A stretch of 64,000 bases of DNA from Terriglobia bacterium (GTDB lineage Bacteria > Acidobacteriota > Polarisedimenticolia > Polarisedimenticolales > JAIQFR01), in NCBI GenBank assembly GCA_963748015.1, contig CAVVHE010000004.1, positions 480,001 to 544,000 on the forward strand. Reading direction: 5' to 3'. This document shows, piece by piece, positions 11,083 through 33,243 of this stretch. A program made the position numbers and the translations under genes. Each line of letters opens with the position of its first letter. The stretch's first letter is position 1. The notes under the pieces were generated by a model. It was not told where the DNA came from. It was given only the letters and a program-made list of their open reading frames with translations, and did not search any database.

Positions 11083-11630
11083 TGTCCACGGAAGCGACCA
11101 AGACGCGGCAGTGGTACATCGTCCACACCTACTCGGGGTTCGAGGGGAAGGTGAAGGAGAGCCTTCGCCAGCGCGCGGACGCGATGGGGATGGGAGACGT
11201 CATCGAGGACATCCTGATCCCCACCGAGGAGGTCGTGGAGGTCCGCGACGGGAAGAAGACGCGGTCGACGCGCAAGTTTTTCCCGGGTTACGTGCTGGTG
11301 AAGATGGAGATGTCCGACACGGCCTGGCACGTCGTGAAGAACACCCCGAAGGTGACCGGATTCGTGGGGACGGGAAGCAAGCCGGTGCCGCTCACCGACG
11401 CCGAGGTGAACCGGATCGTGAACCAAGTGGCGGTGTCGGCGGACCGCCCGAAGCCCAAGCTCGAGTTCCACACCGGGGAGACCGTGAGGATCGTGGACGG
11501 GCCCTTCAGCAATTTCACCGGCCAAGTCGAGGAGGTCAACGAGGACCGCTCGACCCTGAAGGTCATGGTCACGATCTTCGGGCGCGCGACGCCGGTCGAG
11601 CTGGGGTTCCTGCAGGTGGAGAAGATCTGA
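11079..11630 (+). CDS. nusG: Transcription termination/antitermination factor NusG
   Basis: [29 protein letters not shown]. Confidence 0.98.
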   Translation: MMSTEATKTRQWYIVHTYSGFEGKVKESLRQRADAMGMGDVIEDILIPTEEVVEVRDGKKTRSTRKFFPGYVLVKMEMSDTAWHVVKNTPKVTGFVGTGSKPVPLTDAEVNRIVNQVAVSADRPKPKLEFHTGETVRIVDGPFSNFTGQVEEVNEDRSTLKVMVTIFGRATPVELGFLQVEKI

Positions 11631-11730
11631 CGGAGCCCGCCGAGGGCCCGCGACGAGGGACCCCGGGAGGCGCGCGCCGGCTCGAGCCGGACGCGGAACG
11701 CCGGCCGGGGGCCGGGAACAGGAAGGCGAC

Positions 11731-12156
11731 ATGGCGAAGAAGGTCATCGGGCTGATCAAGCTGCACATCCCCGCGGGGAAGGCGACGCCGGCTCCGCCGG
11801 TCGGGCCGGCGCTCGGGCAGCAGGGCGTGAACATCATGGATTTCTGCAAGAATTTCAACGCCCGCACCGCGAAGGGGGAGGGGATCCTCACGCCGGTGGT
11901 CATCACCGTGTACCAGGACCACTCCTACACCTTCGTCACGAAGACGCCCCCCGCGTCGGTGCTGTTGGCGAAGGCCGCCGGGGTACCCAAGGGATCTGGG
12001 ACGCCGAACAAGCAGAAAGCGGGAAAGGTGACCCGCGCCCAGATCCAGGAGATCGCGAAGACCAAGCTACCCGACTTGAACTGCGACACCCTGGAGGCCG
12101 CCGTCCGCATCGTGGAGGGCAGCGCCCGTTCCATGGGAGTGGAGATCGTCGGCTGA
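11731..12156 (+). CDS. rplK: 50S ribosomal protein L11
   Basis: [12 protein letters not shown]. Confidence 0.99.
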   Translation: MAKKVIGLIKLHIPAGKATPAPPVGPALGQQGVNIMDFCKNFNARTAKGEGILTPVVITVYQDHSYTFVTKTPPASVLLAKAAGVPKGSGTPNKQKAGKVTRAQIQEIAKTKLPDLNCDTLEAAVRIVEGSARSMGVEIVG

Positions 12157-12167
12157 CTGGAGGTTCC

Positions 12168-12869
12168 ATGTCCACACACGGGAAGAAGTACGAGATCTCG
12201 CGGAGCAAGGTGCCGGAAGGCGTCCACGACGTCCCGGCGGCCGTCGGAGCGGTCAAGGGCTCCGCGTTCGCGAAGTTCGACGAGACCGTCGAGCTGGCGA
12301 TGCGCCTCGGGGTCGATCCGAAGCACGCCGACCAGATGGTCCGCGGAACGGTCGTTCTCCCTCACGGCACCGGCAAGAGCAAGCGCGTGCTCGTCATCGC
12401 CGGCGGCGAAAAGGTGAAGGAGGCCGAGGCCGCGGGCGCGGACTGGAGCGGCGGGCCGGAGATGGTCGCCAAGATCCAGGAAGGGTGGACCGACTTCGAC
12501 GCGGTGATCGCCACCCCCGACATGATGAAGGAGGTCGGAAAGCTCGGGAAGATCCTGGGCCCCCGCGGCCTGATGCCGAACCCCAAGACCGGCACCGTGA
12601 CGTTCGACGTCTCGAAAGCGGTGGCGGAGATCAAGGCCGGCAAGGTCGAGTTCCGCGTGGACAAGACCGCGATCATCCACGTCCCGGTCGGGAGAATCTC
12701 GTTCTCCGATCAGAAGCTGGTCGAAAACGCCCAGGCGGTGATCCAGGCGGTGATGAAGGCCAAGCCGGCCGCCGCGAAGGGGCGATACCTGCGATCCATC
12801 TACCTCTCCTCGACCATGGGGCCGTCCGTCAAGGTGGACGCCTCGCTGATCGAGTCCGCCGTAGCGTGA
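12168..12869 (+). CDS. rplA: 50S ribosomal protein L1
   Basis: [17 protein letters not shown]. Confidence 0.99.
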   Translation: MSTHGKKYEISRSKVPEGVHDVPAAVGAVKGSAFAKFDETVELAMRLGVDPKHADQMVRGTVVLPHGTGKSKRVLVIAGGEKVKEAEAAGADWSGGPEMVAKIQEGWTDFDAVIATPDMMKEVGKLGKILGPRGLMPNPKTGTVTFDVSKAVAEIKAGKVEFRVDKTAIIHVPVGRISFSDQKLVENAQAVIQAVMKAKPAAAKGRYLRSIYLSSTMGPSVKVDASLIESAVA

Positions 12870-12877
12870 GGTGATCC

Positions 12878-13414
12878 GTGAACCGCGATCAGAAAAACGC
12901 CGCCGTCGTCACGATGGCGGAGCAGTTCCAGAAGGTTTCCAACGTCTTCATCACGGACTTCACGGGGCTGACCGCGAACCAGTCGGCGGACCTGCGTCGG
13001 AAGATCCGGGCCGCCGGCGGCTCCTACGAGGTGGTGAAGAACCGGCTCGCGAAGCGGGCGAGCGCCGGGACCGCGGCGGAGAAGCTCGCGAACCAGCTGG
13101 TGGGGCCGTGCGGGCTCGCCAGCCACGAGTCGGACCCCGTCGGCCTCGCGAAGGTCCTGGCGGATTTCAACAAGGACAACCCGAAGCTCCGTCTGGTCGC
13201 GGGCGTGGTGGACGGCCGCGACGTGGTGGACGCCGAAGGGATCAAGGTCCTTTCGAAGCTGCCCGGCCTGCCCGAGACGCGCGCGCAGATGCTGGCTCTC
13301 ATCCAGACCCCGGCCACCATGCTGGTCCGGCTCCTCACGACCCCCGGGTCGCAGATCGCCCGCGCGGTCGACGCGCGCCGCGAGAAGCTCGAGGGCGGGG
13401 GCGTCCCGGAATGA
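12878..13414 (+). CDS. rplJ: 50S ribosomal protein L10
   Basis: VVKNRLA; position after rplA. Confidence 0.96.
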   Translation: MNRDQKNAAVVTMAEQFQKVSNVFITDFTGLTANQSADLRRKIRAAGGSYEVVKNRLAKRASAGTAAEKLANQLVGPCGLASHESDPVGLAKVLADFNKDNPKLRLVAGVVDGRDVVDAEGIKVLSKLPGLPETRAQMLALIQTPATMLVRLLTTPGSQIARAVDARREKLEGGGVPE

Positions 13415-13534
13415 CCTTTGTCACGAAGCTCCGGCGCCCGGCGCCGGTCGGAAATTGAGGACGTATCGTCAGCCGACGCGCCGCGGCGAACCCCGGCGCC
13501 GGGAAGACGACAGGAAACACGGAGGATTGTTGAG

Positions 13535-13906
13535 ATGGCCGACCTTCAGGCAATTGCGGAGAACCTGAGCTCGCTGACCGTGATCGAGGCCGCGCAGCTC
13601 GTCAAGATGCTCGAGGAGAAGTGGGGCGTTTCCGCCGCCGCCCCCGTCGCGGCCGCCGCGGTCGCCGCCGCGCCGACTGCGGTCGTAGAGGAAAAGACCG
13701 AGTTCGACGTGATCCTCAAGGAAGTGGGCGAGAAGAAGATCAACGTCATCAAGGTCGTCCGTGAGGTGACGAGCCTTGGTCTCAAGGAGGCCAAGGATCT
13801 CGTGGACGGGGCGCCCAAGACCGTGAAAGAGGGCGTCTCCAAGGACGAGGCCGAGACGATCAAGAAGAAGTTCGAGGCCGAGGGCGCCAAGGTCGAGATC
13901 AAGTAG
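13535..13906 (+). CDS. rplL: 50S ribosomal protein L7/L12
   Basis: [20 protein letters not shown]. Confidence 0.99.
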   Translation: MADLQAIAENLSSLTVIEAAQLVKMLEEKWGVSAAAPVAAAAVAAAPTAVVEEKTEFDVILKEVGEKKINVIKVVREVTSLGLKEAKDLVDGAPKTVKEGVSKDEAETIKKKFEAEGAKVEIK

Positions 13907-14053
13907 GAGGCTCGCGTGCCGTTTCCGCAGCCGGCTCCTCCGCGCCGAAGCGGCCCGGGGGCCGGAGAGGTGGATGTCCGGCAGGTTGGATTCGTGTGCC
14001 TTCTTGTGCCGCCGCTCCGGGAACGGGCCGGCCGGCAGGGGGTGTGAAGCGCA

Positions 14054-18526
<4,473 letters not shown>

Positions 18527-18542
18527 GCCGGAGGGAGGAATC

Positions 18543-22793
<4,251 letters not shown>

Positions 22794-22831
22794 CCGGACG
22801 GAGCGGCCGGACGGGGTCGGAATTGCGGGAC

Positions 22832-22861
22832 TTGACCTGGCTCGGGGGGCTCTGCTAGACT
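22832..22861 (+). promoter_or_regulatory. sigma70 promoter of the str operon
   Basis: TTGACC-18 nt-TAGACT with extended TG. Confidence 0.6.
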
Positions 22862-22930
22862 CACCGGGTTTTGCGCATGAACTCATCGCGCAGGCGCGTC
22901 GCGCCGGCGGGGTGGAGGAGAGTCAGAACG

Positions 22931-23305
22931 GTGCCGACGATCAGCCAATTGGTTCGCATCGGGCGGGAGACGATCCGGAGCCGCACCAAGAGCCCGGCGC
23001 TCGTTTCGTGTCCGCAGCGGCGCGGGGTCTGCACCCGCGTGTACACCTCGACCCCCAAGAAGCCGAACTCGGCCCTCCGCAAGGTCGCCCGGGTCCGCCT
23101 CACGAACGGGATCGAGGTGACCACTTACATCCCCGGCGTGGGGCACAACCTCCAGGAGCACTCGATCGTGATGATCCGGGGAGGCCGCGTCAAGGACCTC
23201 CCGGGGGTGCGGTACCACGTCATCCGCGGGACCCTGGACGCCATGGGCGTCGAGGGCCGGCGGCAGAGCCGTTCGAAGTACGGCGCCAAGCGGCCGAAGT
23301 CCTAG
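22931..23305 (+). CDS. rpsL: 30S ribosomal protein S12
   Basis: [18 protein letters not shown]. Confidence 0.99.
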   Translation: MPTISQLVRIGRETIRSRTKSPALVSCPQRRGVCTRVYTSTPKKPNSALRKVARVRLTNGIEVTTYIPGVGHNLQEHSIVMIRGGRVKDLPGVRYHVIRGTLDAMGVEGRRQSRSKYGAKRPKS

Positions 23306-23316
23306 GGGAGAGCGGG

Positions 23317-23788
23317 ATGCCCAGACGAGGATATGTTCCGAAGCGGGAGGTGCTCCCGGATCCCGTCTACCAATCGCCGATGGTGACGAAGTTCATCAGC
23401 TGCCTGATGAACGACGGCAAGAAGTCGGTGGCCGAGGGGATCTTCTACGGCGCGATGAACATCGTGCAAGAGCGCGACGAAGGAAGACCCGGTCAAGATC
23501 TTCCGCAAGGCGCTGGACAACGTGAAGCCCGTGCTCGAGGTGAAGTCCCGGCGGGTCGGCGGCTCGAACTACCAGGTGCCCATCGAGGTCCGGCCCGAGC
23601 GGCGGACGGCCCTGGCGATCCGCTGGCTGATCGGGTACTCGCGAGAGCGGGCCGAGAAGTCGATGCACGAGAAGCTGGCGAACGAGATCCTGGACGCTTC
23701 GGCGCTCCGAGGCGGTGCTTTCAAGAAGAAGGAAGACACTCACAAGATGGCGGAGGCGAACAAGGCGTTCGCACACTATCGCTGGTAG
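23317..23788 (+). CDS. rpsG: 30S ribosomal protein S7 (one apparent +1 frameshift near 23478)
   Basis: MPRRG...DGKKSVAE, then [11 protein letters not shown]...NKAFAHYRW in a second frame. Confidence 0.96.
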
Positions 23789-23839
23789 ACAGGCTCGAGC
23801 AAGGCGCTTCCCCCGGCGGGAGGCGAACGGTTCTTTGAC

Positions 23840-25930
23840 ATGGCGCGGCAGACACCCCTCGAAAGGATCCGGAATATCGGCATCATGGCGCACATCGATG
23901 CCGGTAAGACCACTACGACCGAGCGGATCCTCTTCTATACCGGAATCACCTACAAGATCGGTGAGGTCCACGAGGGGACCGCGACCATGGACTGGATGGT
24001 CCAGGAGCAGGAGCGGGGAATCACCATCACCTCCGCGGCGACTACCTGCTTCTGGGACGACTACCGCATCAACATCATCGACACTCCCGGGCACGTGGAC
24101 TTCACCGCGGAAGTCGAGAGGTCGCTGCGCGTCCTCGACGGGGCGGTGGCGGTCTTCTGCGCCGTCGGCGGCGTGGAGCCGCAGTCCGAGGCGGTCTGGC
24201 GGCAGGCGGACAAGTACCGCGTCCCGCGCATCGCGTTCGTCAACAAGATGGACCGGGCAGGGGCCGATTTCGACCGCGTCTGCAAGATGATGACCGACCG
24301 GCTCCACACGCGCCCCGTCCCGATCCAGATCCCGTGGGGCGCCGCCGAGACGTTTCGGGGCGTGATCGACGTGATCGAGATGCGCGCGATGGTCTGGCCG
24401 GAGGAGGCGGGAAAGGCCGCGTTCGAGTTCGCCGATGTCCCGCCCGAGCTGGCGGACGCCGCGGCGGCCGCGCACGAGAAGGCCGTCGAGGCCGCCTGCG
24501 AGATGGACGACGCGCTCCTGGCGAAGTACCTGGCCGGCGAGAAGCTCGCTCCCGAGGAGATCCGGGAGGGGTTGCGGAAGGCGACCTGCTCGCTGCGGAT
24601 GACCCCGGTCGTCTGCGGCGCCGCTTTCCGCAACAAGGGGGTTCAGCCGCTGCTCGACGCGGTCGTGCGCTACCTCCCGTCCCCGCTCGACATCCCTCCC
24701 GTCGAGGGGACCGACCCGGAGGGGGAAGGCACGCTCGTCCGCCCGCCCGACGACAAGGCGCCGTTCGCCGGGCTGGTCTTCAAGATCATGAGCGACCCCT
24801 ACGTGGGCCAGCTCTCCTTCGTCCGGGTCTACTCCGGCTCCCTCGTGACGGGCCACCAGGTGTGGAACAGCGCCCGCCGGACGTCGGAGCGGATCGGGCG
24901 CCTCCTCAAGATGCACGCGAACAAGCGCGAGGAGATCAAGGACGTCTGGGCGGGAGACATCGCCGCCATCGTCGGCCTTCGGAGCGCGACGACCGGGGAC
25001 ACGATCTGCGACCCGAAGTCCCCGGTCCTGCTCGAGTCGATGGAGTTCCCGGAGCCCGTCATCCGCCTCGCGATCGAGCCGAAGACGAAGGCCGACCAGG
25101 AGAAGCTCAGCCAGGGGCTCACCAAGCTCCTCCAGGAAGACCCGACCTTCCGCGTCCAGACCGACGCCGAGACCGGGCAGACCCTGATCGCCGGGATGGG
25201 GGAGCTGCACCTCGAGATCCTTGTGGATCGGCTGCAGCGGGAGTACGGCGTCGCGGCCAGCGTCGGGCAGCCGCAGGTCGCCTACCGCGAGACCATTCGC
25301 GGCGCGGCGGAGGCCGAGGGACGTTACATCCGCCAGACCGGCGGGCGCGGGCAGTACGGCCACGTGAAGATCCGCATCGAGCCGCTCGGGCGCGAGGGCG
25401 GCTTCGAGTTCGAGAACTCGATCGTCGGCGGGTCGATCCCGAAGGAGTTCATCGGGGCGATCGAGGACGGCGCGCACGAGGCGATGGATGGCGGCGTGCT
25501 CGCCGGCTACGCGATGACGGACGTCAAGGTCGATCTCTACGACGGCTCGTACCACGAGGTGGACTCCTCGGAAATGGCCTTCAAGATCGCGGCGTCCATG
25601 GCCTTCAAGGAGGCGTGCCGCAAGGCCGGCGTGATGCTCCTCGAGCCGGTCATGCGACTCGAGGTGGTGGTTCCCGACGAGTACATGGGAGAGGTCATCG
25701 GCAACCTGAACGCGAGCCGCGGCCGGATCCAGAGCATCGAGTCCAGGCCGGGGCTCCAGGCGATCCAGGCGATGGTGCCCCTGAAGGAGATCTTCGGGTA
25801 CGCCACCGATCTCAGGTCCATGACGCAGGGACGTGGGAATTACACGATGCACTTCTCCCACTACGAAGAGGTTCCCAAGGCGATCAGCGAGGAAGTGGTT
25901 TCCCGGGTGACGGGGACGGCCCGGCGCTAG
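23840..25930 (+). CDS. fusA: Elongation factor G
   Basis: [26 protein letters not shown]. Confidence 0.99.
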   Translation: MARQTPLERIRNIGIMAHIDAGKTTTTERILFYTGITYKIGEVHEGTATMDWMVQEQERGITITSAATTCFWDDYRINIIDTPGHVDFTAEVERSLRVLDGAVAVFCAVGGVEPQSEAVWRQADKYRVPRIAFVNKMDRAGADFDRVCKMMTDRLHTRPVPIQIPWGAAETFRGVIDVIEMRAMVWPEEAGKAAFEFADVPPELADAAAAAHEKAVEAACEMDDALLAKYLAGEKLAPEEIREGLRKATCSLRMTPVVCGAAFRNKGVQPLLDAVVRYLPSPLDIPPVEGTDPEGEGTLVRPPDDKAPFAGLVFKIMSDPYVGQLSFVRVYSGSLVTGHQVWNSARRTSERIGRLLKMHANKREEIKDVWAGDIAAIVGLRSATTGDTICDPKSPVLLESMEFPEPVIRLAIEPKTKADQEKLSQGLTKLLQEDPTFRVQTDAETGQTLIAGMGELHLEILVDRLQREYGVAASVGQPQVAYRETIRGAAEAEGRYIRQTGGRGQYGHVKIRIEPLGREGGFEFENSIVGGSIPKEFIGAIEDGAHEAMDGGVLAGYAMTDVKVDLYDGSYHEVDSSEMAFKIAASMAFKEACRKAGVMLLEPVMRLEVVVPDEYMGEVIGNLNASRGRIQSIESRPGLQAIQAMVPLKEIFGYATDLRSMTQGRGNYTMHFSHYEEVPKAISEEVVSRVTGTARR

Positions 25931-25960
25931 ATCGCGCCAGGCGCTGGAGGGACGGGAGCA

Positions 25961-27148
<1,188 letters not shown>

Positions 27149-27253
27149 CGGGAATCTCCCCTCGTTGCGCGGCTGCCCGGGCCGACGGCGGACCGGGAAC
27201 GCGGGCAACGGCGGGAACCGAGACCCCCGGCGACGCCGGGGGGTGGGACGAAG

Positions 27254-27580
27254 ATGGTGAACGAGAAGATTCGCATCCGGCTGAAGGCCTACGACCACCG
27301 TATCCTCGACCAGTCCACGAGCGAGATCGTGGATACGGCCAAGCGGACGGGGGCACGGGTGGCGGGTCCGATCCCGCTCCCGACGGTCCGAAACCGGTGG
27401 ACCGTCCTCCGCTCGCCGCACGTGGACAAGAAGTCGCGTGAGCAGTTCGAGATCCGGACGCACAAGAGACTGCTCGACATCCTCCAGCCGACGCCCGAGA
27501 CGGTGGAGGCGCTCATGAAGCTCGATCTCCCGGCGGGCGTCGACGTCGAGATCAAGGCGTTCGGTCCGTCGCAGTCGTAA
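27254..27580 (+). CDS. rpsJ: 30S ribosomal protein S10
   Basis: [22 protein letters not shown]. Confidence 0.99.
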   Translation: MVNEKIRIRLKAYDHRILDQSTSEIVDTAKRTGARVAGPIPLPTVRNRWTVLRSPHVDKKSREQFEIRTHKRLLDILQPTPETVEALMKLDLPAGVDVEIKAFGPSQS

Positions 27581-27650
27581 CCCGCGTGCCGTCCGAGGGA
27601 CGGCGCCTGGAACCAACGGGGCAGCGCCCCCGCGTTCCACGAGGTCGAAG

Positions 27651-28307
27651 ATGGTCGAAGGAATGATCGGAAAGAAGCTGGGGATGGCCCAGATCTTCCT
27701 CGCGGACGGCACGCTGGTGGGCGTGACCGTTCTCGAGGCGGGGCCCTGCGTCGTCGTTCAGCGGAAGACCGCGGCCAAGGACGGCTACGAGGCGGTGCAG
27801 CTCGGACTCGTGGACCCGAAGGCCGGGAAGGGCTCGAACAAGCCCACCCGCGGCCACCACGAGAAGGCGGGCGTGCCGCCCACCCGGCTCCTGCGCGAGT
27901 TCAATCTCGAGCCGGGCGCCGACCTGAAGCCCGGCGACCGCGTCCTCGTCGATCTGTTCCAGGACGTGACCAAGGTCGACGTCATCGGAACGTCGAAGGG
28001 AAAGGGATTCCAGGGGGTCATGCGGCGGCACAATTTCAGCGGGGGCGCCTCGAGCCACGGCTCGATGTTCCACCGCGCCCCGGGCTCGATCGGTGCGTCG
28101 GCGTTCCCGTCCCGAGTGTTTCCCGGGATGAAGGGGCCCGGCCACATGGGAGACGTCCGGGTCACCGTGAAGAACCTGAAGGTCGTGCGCATCGACGCGG
28201 AAAAGAACCTGCTGCTGGTGAAGGGGGCCGTGCCCGGTCCCGCCGGCGCCAAGGTCCTGATCCGCAAGTCGAAGGGCGCCGCGACCGCGACCGCGGCGAA
28301 GGCGTAG
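27651..28307 (+). CDS. rplC: 50S ribosomal protein L3
   Basis: [17 protein letters not shown]. Confidence 0.98.
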   Translation: MVEGMIGKKLGMAQIFLADGTLVGVTVLEAGPCVVVQRKTAAKDGYEAVQLGLVDPKAGKGSNKPTRGHHEKAGVPPTRLLREFNLEPGADLKPGDRVLVDLFQDVTKVDVIGTSKGKGFQGVMRRHNFSGGASSHGSMFHRAPGSIGASAFPSRVFPGMKGPGHMGDVRVTVKNLKVVRIDAEKNLLLVKGAVPGPAGAKVLIRKSKGAATATAAKA

Positions 28308-28320
28308 GGCGGAGGCGGCG

Positions 28321-28950
28321 ATGTCCCAGATCACCGTACGCAACTGGAAGAACGAGGCGGTGAGGACGCTCGAGCTCGACGACGCGGTCTTCGCGTATCC
28401 GCTCAAGGAGCACCTCATCTACGAGGCGGTCTGCGCCTACCGGGCGGCCGCCCGGGCGGGGACCCACAAGACCAAGAACCGGAAGGAAGTCTCCGGCGGC
28501 ACCAAGAAGCTGTGGCGCCAGAAGCACACGGGCCGCGCGAGGATGGGCGACAACCGGTCCCCGCTGTGGAGGCACGGCGGAACGGTGCAGGGACCGGTCC
28601 CGCGCGACTACACGTGGGACTTCCCGAAGAAGATGCGCCGCAACGCCGTGAAGTCGCTGCTGGCCCAGAAGCTGCGCGACGGACACCTGCTGTGCGTCGA
28701 GGGGTTCGAGGTCCCGTCCCACAAGACGGCGGAGCTCGAGAAGGCGGTCGCCGGCGGGCTCGGCGTGAGCGGGAAGGCGCTCCTGATCCCCTCCGACGCG
28801 GAGAGGAACCTGGACCTCGCGGCGCGGAACAACCCGCGTCTCAGGGTGGTCCGGGCGCTGGGAGTGAGCGTCGTGGACCTCTTGGATCATGACACGGTCA
28901 TCGTCTCCGAGCCTGCGTTGATGCGGCTCGCCGAGGTGCTGGCGCGATGA
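28321..28950 (+). CDS. rplD: 50S ribosomal protein L4
   Basis: WRQKHTGRAR. Confidence 0.98.
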   Translation: MSQITVRNWKNEAVRTLELDDAVFAYPLKEHLIYEAVCAYRAAARAGTHKTKNRKEVSGGTKKLWRQKHTGRARMGDNRSPLWRHGGTVQGPVPRDYTWDFPKKMRRNAVKSLLAQKLRDGHLLCVEGFEVPSHKTAELEKAVAGGLGVSGKALLIPSDAERNLDLAARNNPRLRVVRALGVSVVDLLDHDTVIVSEPALMRLAEVLAR

Positions 28951-29240
28951 AAACGGCGCATCAGAAGATCAAGCAGCCCCTGATCACGGAGAAGTCCACC
29001 CTGCTCCGCGACGCGAACGGCGTGTACTGCTTCAAGGCCGACGTCCGCGCGAACAAGATCGAGATCGGCCGCGCGATCGAGAAGCTGTTCGGCGTCAAGG
29101 TGGTCGAGGTGAGGACGGCGAGGGTCAAGGGGAAGGTCCGGCGCATGGGCCGCCTTCTCAGCAAGGCGCCCGACTGGAAGAAGGCGTGGGTCCGGCTGGC
29201 GCCGGGCGAGAAGGCTATCGAGTTCTTCGAGGCCACCTAG
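28947..29240 (+). CDS. rplW: 50S ribosomal protein L23
   Basis: PLITEKS, WKKAWV. Confidence 0.97.
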   Translation: MKTAHQKIKQPLITEKSTLLRDANGVYCFKADVRANKIEIGRAIEKLFGVKVVEVRTARVKGKVRRMGRLLSKAPDWKKAWVRLAPGEKAIEFFEAT

Positions 29241-29261
29241 GCCGGGAGCCGGAGAGTTCAC

Positions 29262-30083
29262 ATGGCGATGAAAACCTACAAGCCGACCACCGCCGGAAAG
29301 CGATTCGCGACGGTCGTGGCTCGCGAGACGACGGTCAACGCGCCCCACAAGCCTCTTCTCGAGAAGAAGGACCGGACCGGGGGCAGGGACAACCGTGGCC
29401 TGCTCTCGGTGCGCCACCGTGGGGGCGGGCACAAGCGCCGCTACCGGATCATCGATTTTCGCCGGGACAAGATCGGCATCCCCGCGACGGTCGAGACGAT
29501 CGAGTACGATCCGAATCGCTCGGCGAACATCGCGCTCCTGTGCTATGCCGACGGCGACCGGCGGTACATCCTGGCCCCGGAGGGGCTGGCCGTCGGCGCG
29601 AAGATCGTGTCGTCGCCGGAAGCGGACATCGTCGCGGGCAACGCGCTGCCGCTGTCGGCCATCCCGCTCGGCACGGCGATCCACAACATCGAGCTGCGCC
29701 CGAAGAAGGGGGGGCAGCTGGTGCGGTCGGCGGGGACGGGCGCGCAGCTGATGGCGAGAGAGGGAGAGCACGCGCTCGTGAGGCTGCCCTCCGGCGAGAC
29801 GCGGAAGATCCGCGTCGAGTGCTACGCGACCGTCGGGCAGGTGGGGAACATCGAGCACGAGAACGAGAGCGTCGGGAAGGCCGGGCGGAACCGCTGGCGG
29901 GGATGGCGGCCGACCGTTCGCGGAGTGGCGATGAACCCGGTGGACCACCCGCACGGCGGCGGCGAGGGAAAGACCTCGGGCGGGCGGCCGTCGGTGACGC
30001 CGTGGGGCGTGCCGACGAAGGGGAAGAAGACCCGGAACAATCCGCGCACGGACGCCTTCATCGTCCGGCGCCGCAGCAAGTAG
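29262..30083 (+). CDS. rplB: 50S ribosomal protein L2
   Basis: [21 protein letters not shown]. Confidence 0.99.
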   Translation: MAMKTYKPTTAGKRFATVVARETTVNAPHKPLLEKKDRTGGRDNRGLLSVRHRGGGHKRRYRIIDFRRDKIGIPATVETIEYDPNRSANIALLCYADGDRRYILAPEGLAVGAKIVSSPEADIVAGNALPLSAIPLGTAIHNIELRPKKGGQLVRSAGTGAQLMAREGEHALVRLPSGETRKIRVECYATVGQVGNIEHENESVGKAGRNRWRGWRPTVRGVAMNPVDHPHGGGEGKTSGGRPSVTPWGVPTKGKKTRNNPRTDAFIVRRRSK

Positions 30084-30098
30084 GGCGAGGGCGCAGCC

Positions 30099-30404
30099 AT
30101 GGCGCGATCGATTGCAAAGGGGCCGTTCGTGGACGTTCACCTCAAGAAGAAGGTGGACGACCTCAACAAGCGGAACGAGAAGAAGGCCATCAAGACGTGG
30201 TCCCGGCGCTCCACCGTCGTGCCCGACATGGTCGGCCACACGATCATGGTGCACAACGGGAAGAAGTTCATTCCGGTGTACATCACCGAGAACATGGTCG
30301 GGCACAAGCTCGGGGAGTTCTCTCCCACCCGGACGTTCAAGGGTCACGGCACGAAGGGCGACAAGACCGCGTCGGTCGCAGCCGCCCCGGCTCCGCCGAA
30401 GTGA
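30099..30404 (+). CDS. rpsS: 30S ribosomal protein S19
   Basis: KTWSRRS, GHKLGEF. Confidence 0.99.
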   Translation: MARSIAKGPFVDVHLKKKVDDLNKRNEKKAIKTWSRRSTVVPDMVGHTIMVHNGKKFIPVYITENMVGHKLGEFSPTRTFKGHGTKGDKTASVAAAPAPPK

Positions 30405-30420
30405 CGCGGGGAGGCAGACG

Positions 30421-30795
30421 GTGATCGCACGAGCGAAGCTGAAGTACCTGGGCGTCTCGGCGCAGAAGACCAGGCTCGTGGTCGACCAGGTGCGCGGTAA
30501 AAACGTCGGGGACGCGCTGGCGGTCCTCCACTACTCTCCCAAGCTGGTCGCGAGGGACCTCGAGAAGGTGGTCCGGTCGGCGCTGGCGAACGCCCAGCAG
30601 AAGGACCCCAAGATCGACGTGGACCGACTCGTGATCTCGAAGGCGACCGTCGACGAGGGACCGCCCAACAAGCGGATGCGCGCGCGGAGCATGGGGCGGA
30701 TCTACCGGATTCTCAAGAAAACGTGTCACGTGACCATCGACCTGGCGGCCGCCGACGAGCCGGGTCGCCGACCGCACGCCGCGGCGCGGAGGTAG
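30421..30795 (+). CDS. rplV: 50S ribosomal protein L22
   Basis: [19 protein letters not shown]. Confidence 0.96.
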   Translation: MIARAKLKYLGVSAQKTRLVVDQVRGKNVGDALAVLHYSPKLVARDLEKVVRSALANAQQKDPKIDVDRLVISKATVDEGPPNKRMRARSMGRIYRILKKTCHVTIDLAAADEPGRRPHAAARR

Positions 30796-30799
30796 GATC

Positions 30800-31453
30800 G
30801 TGGGTCAGAAGGTCCACCCGTACGGCTTCCGGCTAGGGTTCAACAAGACTTGGCGCTCCCGCTGGTACGCGGAGAAGAAGTACGCCGAGCTCCTTCACGA
30901 GGACCTGGTGCTCCGGGCCGACCTCAAGAAGCGGCTGGGGCACGCCGGCGTGTCGGCCATCGAGATCGAGCGGGCCGCCAACAAGCTGAAGGTGAACATC
31001 CTCACCTCCCGCCCGGGGATCATCATCGGACGGAAGGGAGCCGAGGTCGACCGGCTGAAGGACGAGATCCGCAAGCGGACCAAGCGCGACGTCTTCATCA
31101 ACATCCTCGAGATCGACAAGCCGGAGATCGACGCGCAGCTCGTGGGCGAGGCGATCGCCATGCAGCTCGAGAAGCGAGTCGCGTTCCGCCGCGCGATGCG
31201 GAAGTCGGTCGAGTCGGCCATCCGGTTCGGCGCGAAGGGGATCAAGGTCAGGGTCGGCGGCCGCCTCGCGGGAGCCGAGATCGCACGCGCGGAGTGGTAC
31301 CTTGAAGGACGTCTGCCCCTGCACACGCTGCGGGCCGAGGTGGACTTCGGCTTCGCGGAGGCGAGAACCACTTACGGGATCATCGGGATCAAGGTCTGGA
31401 TCTTCCGGGGCGAGTCCCGCGAGATCCGCGTCCCCGAGGACGCGCGCCGCTAA
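30800..31453 (+). CDS. rpsC: 30S ribosomal protein S3
   Basis: [19 protein letters not shown]. Confidence 0.99.
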   Translation: MGQKVHPYGFRLGFNKTWRSRWYAEKKYAELLHEDLVLRADLKKRLGHAGVSAIEIERAANKLKVNILTSRPGIIIGRKGAEVDRLKDEIRKRTKRDVFINILEIDKPEIDAQLVGEAIAMQLEKRVAFRRAMRKSVESAIRFGAKGIKVRVGGRLAGAEIARAEWYLEGRLPLHTLRAEVDFGFAEARTTYGIIGIKVWIFRGESREIRVPEDARR

Positions 31454-31486
31454 TCCGGCTCGGACACTGCGGGAAGGGTCGAACTC

Positions 31487-31897
31487 ATGTTGATGCCCAG
31501 CAAGGTCAAGTTCAGGAAGCAGCAGCGGGGCCGCCGTTGCGGCAAGGCCCTGACGGGCTCCACGGTCAGCTTCGGCGATTTTGGCCTCAAGGCGCTCGAG
31601 GCGGGGTGGATCACGGCCCGCCAAATCGAGGCCAGCCGGGTCGCGATGACCCGTTTCGTCAAGCGCGGCGGCAAGGTCTGGGTCCGGGTGTTCCCGGACA
31701 AGCCGATCACCAAGAAGCCCGCCGAGACCCGCATGGGGAAGGGCAAGGGCGCCCCCGAAGCGTGGGTCGCGGTGGTGAAGCCCGGGAAGGTCCTGTTCGA
31801 GATGGAAGGGCTCGAGGAGAAGGTGGCCCGCGAGGCGATGCAGCTCGCGGGGCACAAGCTGCCGATCCGGACGAAGTTCGTCGTTCGGCAGGCCTAA
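31487..31897 (+). CDS. rplP: 50S ribosomal protein L16
   Basis: ETRMGKGKG. Confidence 0.99.
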   Translation: MLMPSKVKFRKQQRGRRCGKALTGSTVSFGDFGLKALEAGWITARQIEASRVAMTRFVKRGGKVWVRVFPDKPITKKPAETRMGKGKGAPEAWVAVVKPGKVLFEMEGLEEKVAREAMQLAGHKLPIRTKFVVRQA

Positions 31898-31916
31898 GCG
31901 GAAGGGAGCAGGGAGC

Positions 31917-32136
31917 ATGGCTCTTCAGGCATCGAAGCTCAGGAACATGGGCGCTCACGAGTTGGACAACGAGGAGGGGGAGATCCGCGACGCGATCTGG
32001 AAGCTCCAGCTCCAGCGCTCGACGGGCCAGATCACAGGACCCCAACAAGATGCGGGGGCTCAGGAAGGATCTCGCGAGGGTGCTGACCGTCCGCCGGGCC
32101 CAGGAACTGGCCGCCGGCTCGGGCCAGGGGCGCTGA
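31917..32136 (+). CDS. rpmC: 50S ribosomal protein L29 (apparent +1 frameshift near 32035)
   Basis: [11 protein letters not shown], then [18 protein letters not shown] in the next frame; position. Confidence 0.88.
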
Positions 32137-32146
32137 GGAGATGGGT

Positions 32147-32443
32147 ATGGCCGAGAAGAAGCGTGGAAAACCGGCCGCCAAGATCGGCGTGGTGGTCTCC
32201 GACGGGATGGACAAGTCGGTGGTGGTCCGGGTCGACCGGACCGTGCGCCACTCCGTGTACTCGCGGTACGTCCGCCGCTCGGCGAAGTTCATGGCGCACG
32301 ACGAGAAGAACGAGTGCAAGGTCGGCGACACGGTCGAGATCCAGGAGACGCGACCGCTGTCCGCTCGGAAACGCTACCGGGTCCGAAGGATCCTGAAGCG
32401 CTCCGTGGGGACGGCCGACATCGCGACGCGAAAGGCCGAATAG
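32147..32443 (+). CDS. rpsQ: 30S ribosomal protein S17
   Basis: [17 protein letters not shown]. Confidence 0.97.
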   Translation: MAEKKRGKPAAKIGVVVSDGMDKSVVVRVDRTVRHSVYSRYVRRSAKFMAHDEKNECKVGDTVEIQETRPLSARKRYRVRRILKRSVGTADIATRKAE

Positions 32444-32466
32444 CCGTTTCCGGCGGAGGCACGACC

Positions 32467-32835
32467 ATGATTCAGATGAGGACGATCCTCGAGGTCGCCG
32501 ACAACTCGGGGGCAAAGAAGATCTCCTGCATTCACCTTCGGGGAGGATCCGAGGGGAAGACCGCGGAGATCGGCGACATCATCACGGCGAACGTGAAGGA
32601 AGCGGCCCCGGACGGCAACGTGAAGAAGGGGCAGGTGGTGAGGGCGGTGGTGGTCCGGACGGTCAACGCGCACCGGCGCAAGGACGGGTCGTACATCCGT
32701 TTCGACCAGAACGCCGCCGTGCTGATCAACGACGCGAAGGAGCCGATCGGAACCCGCGTGTTCGGGCCGGTCGCCCGCGAGCTCCGGGACAAGAAGTTCA
32801 TGAAGATCGTCTCGCTCGCCCCGGAAGTCCTCTGA
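32467..32835 (+). CDS. rplN: 50S ribosomal protein L14
   Basis: [18 protein letters not shown]. Confidence 0.99.
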   Translation: MIQMRTILEVADNSGAKKISCIHLRGGSEGKTAEIGDIITANVKEAAPDGNVKKGQVVRAVVVRTVNAHRRKDGSYIRFDQNAAVLINDAKEPIGTRVFGPVARELRDKKFMKIVSLAPEVL

Positions 32836-32862
32836 TCGGCGGGGAGCGTGGGGGAGAGCAGG

Positions 32863-33189
32863 ATGGCCAAGGCGCGCATCAGGAAGAACGACATCGTGGC
32901 GGTGATCTCGGGGAAGGACCGCGGGAAGCGGGGCCGGGTGCTCCGGGTCACGGCCGCGAAGGGCACGGTGATGGTGGAAGGGGTCAACGTCGTGAAGCGG
33001 CACACGAAGCCCAACCCGCAGAGGAACATCAAGGGCGGGATCGTGGACCGCGAGGCCCCCATCAACATCTCGAACGTCGCGCCGATCGACCCCGAGAACG
33101 ACCGTCCGACGCGGGTCGGGAGCAAGACCCTCGGGGACGGGCAGCGGGTTCGGATAGCGCGGCGAAGCGGCGCGGTGCTCGATAAGTAG
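32863..33189 (+). CDS. rplX: 50S ribosomal protein L24
   Basis: [18 protein letters not shown]. Confidence 0.98.
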   Translation: MAKARIRKNDIVAVISGKDRGKRGRVLRVTAAKGTVMVEGVNVVKRHTKPNPQRNIKGGIVDREAPINISNVAPIDPENDRPTRVGSKTLGDGQRVRIARRSGAVLDK

Positions 33190-33243
33190 CGGGAAACGAC
33201 GCGGGTCCCGCCGCCTAGGCGCGGCGGCAACGCGGAGGGGAAG

